Positions 52,845 to 63,237 of a stretch of DNA of 64,000 bases are shown piece after piece. The notes below the pieces were generated by a model, which worked only from the letters and a program-made list of their open reading frames with translations, did not search any database and had not been told where the DNA came from. Source of the DNA: Azolla caroliniana (lineage: Eukaryota; Plantae; Polypodiophyta); assembly GCA_043228905.1 (NCBI GenBank), contig JBHGNT010000090.1, forward strand, positions 1 to 64,000. The letters run 5' to 3'. Both the position numbers and the translations under genes were made by a program. Every line of letters starts with the position of its first letter. Position 1 is the first letter of the stretch.

Positions 52845-54560
52845 TGACACCCGGTGCATCTTAAATAGTGAAATACAAAGAAATATTGTAGAATCAGTTA
52901 ATAGCATTTGCCATTGGCGATGTCCATTCCGCTAGTTTTTTAGAATTACATAAAGAAATAAATATAATTTTCCATAGCTTATGTAATTTGTTGAAAAAAG
53001 TAAGACAATATGAAATACAATACTACTTCAAATGGGATGTAATACAACCTTTCGTAATGAATATAAAATATCGAACAATAAGATGTTAGCCTAGTAGTCA
53101 GGATTGTCAAAACTTTTGTTCAATGTCTCATAAAAATGTCTTTTCAAGAACCTAATATGGCGATGTTTGCGCTTACAAATCAACGTGCATGGTATAACCT
53201 TCTTGCTATTGGTACTATGTTAATGTTCATTTATAGCCTCAATATTCATTGTACATATGTTATATCGAAGTTGGAGCATGGCAGTCTTACATCAACTAAC
53301 ATGTATGTTGTCAATATTATGAGACCTAGAGTGGTTGTGTTGTATTCAATGAGATAATCTTAAATTTGACATTATTTTTTTACCAAAAAAAAACACTACT
53401 TAGCATTAGTTGGCAAAAAAATACAACAAAGTTCAAACATTAAGATCCACAAGGACTTTGATATTATAATTTATAGTTTCATGTATTTGAAAAGAAAAGA
53501 ACGTGTAATAAGTTGTCCTATTTGTATGCTTATGATATTACCAATTTATTTTTCGGGGATGGTTGATACCCTTAACCCATTCCAGTCATAAAATGGCTTC
53601 CATGGGGTTCTCATCCACCAAGTTTAAAGGACAATGATACATTTCGGTGTTAGCATACAAATCGACGTGAACCTTTACAATGTATGCACATGACAACGTC
53701 CATCACATACTAATAAGATGAACATGTTGATGAAAAAATATATTTCACATTGATAGTCGATATTGAAATATTGGGCAATATTGTGCAATGATCATGTAGT
53801 GTCATCAACCCTATGAGACCACTCTACTATATGATTCTAGCATTTGTTGGATGGAGACCATGCATGACCTACTACTAATGTTGGTGTTACAATACCACAT
53901 AACGCAACTGTCCATGTCAACATCCATCACGTGCTTATAGGATGAGCAAGTTGGTGCAAACAAGTACTCTACATAAACAAGCAAGTCCACAATCTTGAAC
54001 AATATGGTCGGGTAGAATCGTTGAACCATGCGAGATTGGTTAACCATATGGTTCTAATATGTGTGCTATGTAGAGTGTAAAATATCTCAAATTATGCTTA
54101 ACACTTGACTATTGTTGTTCCTAAGTGTAGCTCCATTCTAAAAAAGACTATAAACTCAGGAAATGAAATATAACCCTCGAGTTGTTGACTAGATTTGTGC
54201 ATAAGAGAATTGCCCTTAGCCTAGAGGACATGACTTCTAATGTATGAATAATTGCTCCTTAAAAAAAGTAGCATTTTGCGTATAAGTAACAAATTCCATA
54301 TACAAGACTCGCGGTAACCCAATGAAGCTCATGCAACCTTTGTCATTGTTGATGCTCTCCAATGTGCATGAGTTTCTAAAACTTTAACTATCACTATAAC
54401 AACCTCGATTACATGAAGGTATTTGATGGATGTTGAAGACCATAGTTGAGCATTTAGTATTATATTGTTGGCAAAAAAGGATAGGTGTCGCACAACTCCA
54501 TCTAAATGCTCACAACAAGAAGTTTTTCTTTAGTTTTTAGCAATTCTCGTTGTTTATTTA

Positions 54561-54647
54561 CCCTCAAGGCATTGATAACTAAGGTTGTTACATGGAAACT
54601 AGGGTCCAAACCCTCAAGGCATTGATAACTAAGCTTGTTACATGGAA
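54561..54647. repeat. 37-bp near-tandem duplication
   Basis: CCCTCAAGGCATTGATAACTAAG(G/C)TTGTTACATGGAA occurs at 54561 and 54611. Confidence 0.85.
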
Positions 54648-54751
54648 ATCGAAACCAACGACACAATACAATAAAAAGGAAATATCAACATTATTTTTTG
54701 TAGTAAGAGTATGTTGCCTTTATCCCTTGTTTTACCAATAATATTGATTTG

Positions 54752-54778
54752 TATGTAACAATCGGCAACGGTTTGGTT
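54752..54778. mobile_element. Isolated terminal inverted repeat of the 15.2-kb MITE family
   Basis: TATGTAACAATCGGCAACGGTTTGGTT matches the TIR CAGGTAACAATCGGCAACGGTTCGGTT; the rest of the element is not visible. Confidence 0.6.
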
Positions 54779-55354
54779 AAAAACACAATATTAAGGGGAT
54801 TCAATATCAACGGAGAAAATATAAATAATTAATATGAAGGGAATATTAAGGGAAATAATGCCATGATATTTGGTTTTAACAACTTTATGAGGCTTAATAT
54901 CTCTAATCTAGAATATTACTCATCAAGAAACATGGCCATGTTATAATGTGTGGGGAAATATCCTTTATTAAATTATAATGGCTAATGTCTAGCGGGGTTG
55001 TAATATGAAAGGGACTTTGGAGAGTTTTAAACATATAAAAGGACAACAACTCTCATGTAAGGGGGGCTTTAGGTTACTGAACTATTGACTATCATTTGGT
55101 CTTGATTCTCTTCCTTTTAAATCCATTAAGAGCCACTCTCCTCCATGCAGCTTTCACATGCTAACAACTAATTTAGACATAAATGTTTTTTTACCTCACA
55201 ACTATTGATTTAATTTAGACAATTCACATGTCTATTATCTAGTAATTATCTATTTAGTTAAGACAAACATATTTCTTGATTAGTGTAAAGATTAGGTGTG
55301 TATTAATGCTAAATTAACAATCCAAAACTCGAAGTTCCCGTTGGAAAAACTAGG

Positions 55355-56427
55355 TGTTGGGAATATGTCCCTCCAATGGGAGGAGCTGACTATTTGGGCC
55401 AAGAAGTGCCGATAGTCGAAGAATATGAGGAGCCAACTATTTAGGCCGAGTGCCGATGGTTGAAGAGTCGACTGCGAGAAAGTCGATTGTGAGAGTCAAT
55501 TGGGCGAGTCGACAGAAAGGATATCCAAGTCGTAGACACGACCGACTAGTCGGACCAATTGGACAGTCGACACTAGAGTCGGCTGATGGCTACTTATTAT
55601 TATAGATAATAATAGTAGTGATGTGTAGTAGGGGCTACATTTGTAAATAGCCCATGTGATGTATGAGTATAAATGCATCTAGGGAAAACGAAGAATATGA
55701 GAAAAAAAACTGTGTGTGCTGAGAAGTGTGTGTAGGTAGAACAAAAGAGTAAGAAAGGAGAGAGCGGCACCATAACTAAGTGAGCTTGGATGTCAAGAGC
55801 CATGTGCGGCTTTTACACTCGGTTTTAGAGTGTTGTAATGTGTGATATCACCTTGTATTTCTCTCTGTATAGTGGAATCTTTGTTCCCGTGGTTTCCCCC
55901 TATTTAGGGTTTCCACGTAAATCACAATGTAATGTGCATTTGTTGTTTCCACGTGTTGTTGTGTATTTTCAGAGTTAATCTTTCTCACAGATTTGAGATT
56001 CGACTCTCAACAAACTTGTATTAGAGCTTGAGGTGCAAGTATGGAAGGAGCTGTGAGTGGCTTCCAAGGCATGATAGTTATAAACTCTCAGAACTATGCA
56101 GACTGGAAGATAAAGATGGAGGACCTTCTCATAGTCAAAGACCTGTACGAGCCGATTGACAAAGCAGAAATACCCACGGGGGGTATTAGAGTTGGAATGG
56201 AAACTTCTTAATAGAAAGGTGGTGGCTACCCTCCGATAGTGCGTCGATGTAAGTGTCCTTCAACATGTGGCGAACAACACAAATGCCAACGAGATGTGGC
56301 AGAAGCTGTCAGGCTTATATGAGATGAAGAACACCCTCAACAAAACATCCTTGATGAGAAAGATCGTGAGATTAAAATACAGGGACTGGGAAAGCATAGT
56401 CGAGCACGTCAACACATTCATGGGGTA
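55355..56427 (+). mobile_element. Element A: 5' LTR and start of gag of a second Copia element, interrupted by element B
   Basis: LTR 55355-56012 (TGTTGGG...CTCTCAACA), then a degenerate iMet PBS (TTGTATTAGAGC). Gag starts at 56041 (MEGAVSGFQGMIVINSQNYADWKIKMEDLLIVKDLYEP...MWQKLSGLYE...) with a frameshift and a stop, and is cut at 56427. Confidence 0.85.
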
Positions 56428-58369
56428 TGTCACATTCTAGACTCGAACCTCTAACTTTTAACACACATAGTACATTGTGTTGTGTTAACCATATGAAAAC
56501 TCTTGTGAACTATCCACATTTGATTGTAAACTTCTATATATTGTAGAGTCTAGTGTATCTAGTACATTCGAGAATATTCTAGTCGTTAGTATATTCTAGA
56601 ATTTTTCTATGGTATATTGTAAATGGGTATATTCTCGAGATGTTTCTTGAGTATATTCTAGAGATATTCAATGTTGGAAATTGTATAAATACTTGTAACA
56701 TCCTTGGTCCCTTTCAAGGGATTCAACACCAGTCATTGACACATCCATCTAGTATTCTCTTTTCGCCTCATCTTTGTCTCCTTGATCTTTATTTTTGTCT
56801 TCATGCCCTCATGTCTCTCACAACACCTAGAGTTCCTAGCCTCGTCACATCTAGCTTCAAGTTCATCCGTCGCTTGTAGCCCCATCATCTGTGCTCTGTC
56901 CTAGTCTGCGCTTGGTGTGTACGTGGCAGTTTGAATCCCTTCCAACTGGGAGCACCACCCGTCTTCGTCATCGCCTTTGCTTCTAGAGTTACCATCATCA
57001 CTGTCCTTGCTTCTGGAGTTACCGTCATCAACATCCTTGTCTTCGACGTCATCACTTTCAACACCTCTTCGCCCAACCATCGTCGTCATCAACACTACTT
57101 GTGATCATTTTTAGGTATCATTTTGCATCAAGGTTTTGGTGAGGAGTGCTTTCAATCGCTTTCCTTACCTATTTCGGTGGGGGTCACAACCACTCACTTT
57201 CCTGGTGGGGATCGGATCATTGCTCGCTTGCACTGCATTTTCTGGTCGCTCACATCCGTTCCTGTTCTAGTTCTCAGTGAGGGCCGCATGGTCGCTCACG
57301 CCCGTTGGTGTTCATGTTCCAACTCTCGGCGAGGACCGACATGGTTTTTGATGCCCGTTGGTGTTCTTGTTCCCTGTGAGGACCGCACGTGGTCTCTCAC
57401 GCTTGCTGGTATTCGTGGTCCAGTCTTCAGTGAGGACCGCATATGGTCGCTCACTCCAGCTATTGTTCATGTTCTAGATCTCGGCATGGACCGACATGGT
57501 CACTCATGCCTGCTATTGTTCATCTTCCAGTTCCCGGTAAGGACCACACATGGTCACTCACGCCTGTTGGTGGTCGTGTTCCAACTCTCAACGAGGAACA
57601 ACATGGTCTCTCATGCCTATAAGTGTTCGTGTTCCCCGTGAGGACCACACATGGTCACTTACGCCTGTTGGTATTTGTGTTCTAGTTCCCGACGAGGACC
57701 GCACATGGTTGCTCATGCCCATTGGTGTTTGTGCTCCCCGTGAGGACCGCACATGGTCGCTCATGTCTGTTGGTGTTCAATACCTCGTCTCCTGGAAGGG
57801 TTACTCCTTGTCTAGGATTTACAAAATACTTTGGGGGTGATCTAAGATTTTCATCAACAGTATCCCCTTAAGCCAAGGACTGGTTTGGGAAGGCGGCGTA
57901 AGAGGGGGGATAATGTCACATTCTAGACTTGAACCTCTCACTTTTAACACACACAGTACATTGTGTTGTGTTAACCATATGGAAACTCTTGTGAACTGTC
58001 CACATTCGATTGTGAACTTCTATATATTGTAGAGTCTAGTGTATCTAGTACATTTGAGAATATTCTCATCATTAGTATATTCTAGAATTATTCTATGGTA
58101 TATTCTAAACGGGTATATTCTCGAGATATTTCTCGAGTATATTCTAGAGATATTCAATCTCGGAAATTGTATAATGTAATATCCGTGGTTCCTTTCAAGG
58201 GATTCAACACTAGTCATTGACAAATCAATCTAGTATTCTCATTTCACCTCATCTTTGTCTCCTTGATCTTTATTTCTGTCTTCATGCCCTCATGTCTCTC
58301 ACAACACCCAGAGTTCCTAGCCTCGTCACATCTAGCTCCAAGTTCATCCGTTGATTGTAGCCCCATCAT
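56428..58369 (+). mobile_element. Element B: non-coding (TRIM/LARD-like) LTR element; its 3' LTR is interrupted by element C
   Basis: LTR1 56428-~57107 (TGTCACA...TGTGATCA); PBS-like TAGGTATCA; ~0.8 kb internal region without retroelement domains; PPT AAGAGGGGGGATAA at 57900-57913. LTR2 starts at 57914 and matches LTR1 up to ...GTAGCCCCATCAT (58369). Confidence 0.85.
57242..57780 (+). repeat. Degenerate tandem array inside element B (~11 units of ~48 or 53-54 bp)
   Basis: Unit consensus ATGGTC(G/A)CTCA(C/T)GCC(T/C)GTTGGTGTTC...GTGAGGACCGCAC, starting at about 57242, 57288, 57341, 57389, 57443, 57496, 57550, 57603, 57651, 57705 and 57753. Confidence 0.85.
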
Positions 58370-58455
58370 TGTCAGGAATAATACTAAAACAGAGAGAGAA
58401 TTAGTACTAGAGAAGGGAAGTACTATTAGTACTAAGAGGACGAACTGCGTAAGAC

Positions 58456-58516
<61 letters not shown>

Positions 58517-58809
58517 ATGATAACAGATGATATATTATGTGAAGAGTAAGTACAAAATAACTATGAGGCTTAAGACTGGCGTTGAACCAATTTGGTTTGA
58601 AATAATGCCTTGTGCCTCTTTTATAGTGTCCTCAGGAGTAGTCTTGAAGCTTCTAAAATGTTCTTGAGAAATCTGGAATATACAATAATTTTCTATAGTA
58701 AAACTTAAATGAAAATAATATTTTACGTATTACAATAGATAATGTAATGGTCAAGAGCTTGACCCATATAACATAAGGTTATGGGTTCGAGTCTTGCCAT
58801 ATCATGACA
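58370..58809 (-). repeat. 3' LTR of Gypsy element C
   Basis: TG...CA ends, next to the PPT and chromodomain; begins exactly where the match between the two element B LTRs stops. Confidence 0.85.
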
Positions 58810-61800
58810 CTATCCCCCCCCTTAAGACGATGAGTGTCATGAGTCGGCGTTGATTGTGGATCGGGTTTGTCCTGATACTTTTGCTGGAAATCAGCAAGAA
58901 GATCCTGAGCATTGGCAACAAACTCGGCGGGTTGCCAAGTACGTTCGCTCGGACTATAGCCGAGCCAATCGACCAAATAATAAAGTTTGTTACGAACAAA
59001 CTTGGAGTCGAGGACGACAACAACTTCATACTCCAGGCCGGTGTCCAACTCAAGCGGGGGCGACGGTGGTGTAACATGATCGGGAATAATGTTGGCCTAA
59101 TAAGGTTCGAGAAGAGAACTATGGAAGACCGGATGTATCTGAAGGTGCGGAGGAAGATCAAGGCGGAACGTGACATCATTAATTTTGCTGGTAATACAGA
59201 AAGGACCGAGTTGTCGATAATCCAATTTGTCGCACGGTCTAGTTGTCTTGATGTGACGACGTAAGAGCTATACTCGATCTCCGATGGCCTCTCTAGATGA
59301 CCCTCAACACGAGGATTGGTAGGTAGCTCCGGAGTGTCGATCACAGACCAGTGAGGATGAGAACCGGTATAAGCGTAAATGGTGAGACTCAAGTCGAGGA
59401 GTGAATAGCGTTGTTATACGCAAACTCTGCAAAGTGGAGAATATCAGCCCAATCATCCGGTTGATAACTCAAAAAATACCAAAGATATTAATCCAACGTT
59501 TGATTCGTTCGTTCCGCTTGCCCATCGGTTTGGGGATGGTAGCTGGAGGAGAGGTTGCAAGAGACCTTGAGCATCTTGAAGAGATGCTTCCAAAATTTGG
59601 AGACGAATTGAGGTCCTCGGTCACTGATGATACTATCTGGGAGGCCATGATGTCGAAATACCTCACGCATGACCAGGGTTGCGGTTTCCTCACTAGTGAT
59701 GGCCTTAGTACAAGGCACAGAATGTGCCATCTTAGTATATCGATCGACGATGGTTAAGATAGCATCGAAACCTTTTGAGACTGGAAGCTCTATGATAAAA
59801 TCAAGACAAATGGACTGCCACGGCTTATTTGGAATTGGTAAGGATTCCAACAAGCCATATGGATGATGTCGCGGCATTTTTGCTCGGCAACAAGCATCAA
59901 AGGTTCGAACATAGTCGTCACAAAACGTCGCATATGGGGCCACCAAAAGGATCGTTGAATGAGATCCGACGTCTTAGTACTACCGAAATGTCCAGTTGTA
60001 TGGGTGTCGTGACAACTTTGGACGATTTGAAGGTGACAGGAGCAATCAGGAACATACACGAGCTTTTTAAAGAATAATAAACCATCATGATATTTGAATT
60101 GTCGGTAGTCCATACTTGGTTGTTGAGACTGGGAATAGGATGCCCTAGAGGCATCAATTTGCTCTAGAATGGCTTAATCAAAACTATCTATCTTCAAGTT
60201 GGCACATATGGCATCGATAATCCGGGAATCCAGTGAAGTGTGAAAACTCTGCGTTGTGTGCAAACGTGTTGGTCCCAAGATTACCTGCTTTGATTATCAA
60301 ATGTTGGATCACCCGGACGAGGTGCAAGATATGAATGTCGCGATAGTGCATCTGCTTTTCCTCGCCCGAAATGTGATTTTGAAGTCAAAACGCGTGAGGA
60401 ATTGGGCCCACCGAGCTTGCCGTCGATTTAGTACACGAGCGTTCTGGAAGTAAGCAAGATTTTTGTGATCACTGAAGACAATGACCTGATGAGGAAAGCC
60501 CTCTAAGAAGTGCCGCCATTGCACAAACGAATCCACGATGGCTAATAACTCCTTGTCATGTATCTCGTAGTTAATTTCCGCGGCATCAAATTTGCATGAG
60601 TGGAAAGCCACATGATGTAACTTTGCTTTATCTCCTTGTTGTGAAAGGATGCTACCGAGGGCGAAATCCGATGCATCGGCCTCCATGATGAATGGTTTGT
60701 TTGTATCCACATGAGCTAGAATAAGAGCTGATGTAAAGGCTTTCTTAAGATGCATAAAAGCCATGTCCGCTTCATTGGACCAAAGAAATGATTGTCCCTT
60801 CTTGGTAAGATGTGTGAGAGGTAAAATAATCTTTGAGTAATCTTGTATAAACTTGCGGTAGAAGTTAGCAAATCCTAGGGAACATTGCACATCTCGTAAC
60901 GAACGTGGAGTTTGCCACTCTAGCACAGTTTGGACTTTAGCTGGATCTATGGAGATGCCTTTTGAGAAGATGACGTAGGCTAGAAATTCCACTTGCTTGT
61001 AGTCAAAGCTACATTTTTCTAGTTTGGCATAAAGACCATGCTCTCATAGTTGTTTTAGTACTAATAGTACATGAGAATCATGCTCTTCCTGGGCCTTCAA
61101 ATAAATCAATAGATCATCCAGGTAGATGATCAAACAGATATCCAAGAGATGTCTGAATATATCATTTGCCATGTGTTGGAAGACTCGAAGTACCCATATC
61201 GGGTGCGAAAAGCGGTCTTCCATTCGTCTCCTAGTAGGATCCGCACGAGGTTATATGCTCCTCGTAAGTCGATTTTTGTAAAAAACTTGGCACCATTTAC
61301 ACGTTCTAATAGAGTTGATATAAGGGGAAGAAGTGCATACCTATTCTGAATGGTGACCTTATTCAAGCTGCGGTAATCAACGACGTGACGAAGGGATCCA
61401 TCTTTCTTTTTGACAAAGGAAATGGGTGCACCGGCCGGAGATTTCGAATGAAGAATAAACCCACTTGCCAAATTCTCTTCTATGTAGGCTCGAAGGACTT
61501 CCAACTCGGCTGGTGACAAGTTGTAAATCGGTCCCCATGATGGTTTTGTTCCTGGTTGTAAATCGATGGGACAATCATAGGGACGACGATGAGGAAGAGT
61601 ACCAACTCTGACCTTGTCAAATACATCAGCATAAGGATGATATTTCGCAGGAAGTTGAACTAAGGATTCCTTTTTAATATGTTGGAAGGATGTACTGATA
61701 TTACAAATAGAAACCTTGACTCCTTCAAACCAAGGTAAATTTATGGAGCGAAATGGTCGAAACTCGATGAATAGATTCTCGAGGTTGTCGATACTGGACT

Positions 61801-62325
61801 TCTCTTGTTCTCTAATCTATGTCTGGATTATGTACTTCAAACCAAGGTAATCCCAAGACAATGGGATGCTCTGGACTACTAATTATATTAAATGATACCA
61901 CACAGACAAAGCTATCTAGGACAACCTGAATGGGTTCTAACTCTTCTACGATATTCCCAGAAGCAATGGGACGACCATCAATGACTACTACAGATGTGGG
62001 GCAAGGAAGTTTTCTTAAGGATATCTGAGAAGCTTGGGCAAAATTGCGATCCATGAAACAGGAATTGGCTCCGGAATCTAAAAGTGCTAAGACATGTATT
62101 GGAGGGGTACTTTTAGTACTAATAATGACTTGGGCTAAGAACACATTGCTAACTTGCTTAGAGGGAATGGAACCACTAATGGGCTGCACAGATCTAGGGT
62201 TGTCCAACCAAATGACTCCTATTTTGGTTGAACTTAGTGTTTAACTCTTCCTCTAATTGACTAAGGATTTCAAATTTGTTTGAGATACTTGGGCTATCAA
62301 TATTATTAATACTATTAGACACTCC

Positions 62326-62918
62326 TGTTGGGAAACAAGTCCCTCCGGATGGGAAGGGAGAAGCACAGTGCCTCGGCCGAAACCGGATGAGTAGCACCCA
62401 GCTACGGAGAGTCGGATGGTGCAGGCCCGGTATGAACCGGATGAGGAGTACCCGGCTACGGAGAGCCGGATGGTGCAGGCCCGGTATGAACCGGATGAGG
62501 AGCACCCGGCTTCGGAGAGCCGGATGGTGCAGGCCCGGTATGAACCGGATGAGGAGCACCCGACTATGGAGAGCCGGATGGTGCAGGCCCGGTATGAACC
62601 GGATGAGGAGCACCTGGCTTCGGAGAGCCGGATGGTGCAGGCCCGGTATGAACCGGATGAGGAGTACCTGGCTACGGAGAGCCGGATGGTGCAGGCCCGG
62701 TGTGAACCGGATGAGGAGTACCCGGCTACGGAGAGCCGGATGGTGCAGAACCAGTGAGAACCGGAGGAAGAGACATATTCGTAAATATGTTTCTGAGAGC
62801 CCATCGAGGCTATATTTGTAAATAGCCGAAAAGTCATATTAGTATAAATATGACTTAGGGTAAACTTTTAGTTGTTGTTGTCATTTTCTGTTTTGCACGA
62901 GATTAGTGTGCGTAACTG

Positions 62919-62967
<49 letters not shown>

Positions 62968-63237
62968 GTTGTTGCCTCTGTTGTAACCGCCGCCTGTGGC
63001 GAAGATTTGTGAGCACGAGGTCGGTGCCTCAGTGAACTCACTGTTGTATATTCCTACATAGTGACAGTTTGTAGCCTGTGGGCTGCCGTGGTTTTTCCCC
63101 TAGTTTGGGGTTTTCCACGTAAACCTCCTGTGTATTCTCTCCTTCTTTGTGTCGCGTTTTATTTCCCGTTTTCTGTGTATCATTCTAAGCTCGGTTGTGG
63201 CCGAGCGTTGCGCATAAGGAACGTTGGGTTCCCGTCA
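62326..63237 (+). mobile_element. Element D: Copia-type solo LTR inserted in the gag gene of element C
   Basis: TGTTGGG...CCGTCA, 912 bp, with TSD ACTCC (62321-62325) / ACTGC (63238-63242). The gag frame of C (…KPESIPL|GVSNSINN…) rejoins across it. Its 5' end resembles the LTR of element A, and it shares the CGTGG...CCACG hairpin of the other Copia LTRs. Confidence 0.85.
62380..62748 (+). repeat. GC-rich 54-bp minisatellite (~6.8 copies) inside solo LTR D
   Basis: Unit GAACCGGATGAGGAGTACCCGGCTACGGAGAGCCGGATGGTGCAGGCCCGGTAT, period 54, near-identical copies. Confidence 0.95.

Noticed and set aside
47400-54700. Possible gene or transposase remnants downstream of CYCD
   Set aside because: Short ORFs without motifs and no coherent exon chain; left unannotated.
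54780-55354. Possible additional outer LTR around element A
   Set aside because: It has a TATA-like box and LTR-like composition, but no second copy, PBS or clear termini in the window.
57242-57780. CRISPR-like repeat-spacer appearance of the element B array
   Set aside because: The variable parts are homologous to each other rather than unique spacers, there are no cas genes, and the context is a plant LTR element.
58733-58799. A functional tRNA gene in the LTR of element C
   Set aside because: A/B boxes are present but the acceptor, anticodon and T stems do not pair; reported only as a tRNA-like promoter module.
62194-62837. Repeat-protein ORFs on both strands (e.g. MVQARYEPDEEYPATESR repeats)
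   Set aside because: A by-product of a 54-bp (3x18) GC-rich tandem unit inside an LTR; no evidence of a real gene.
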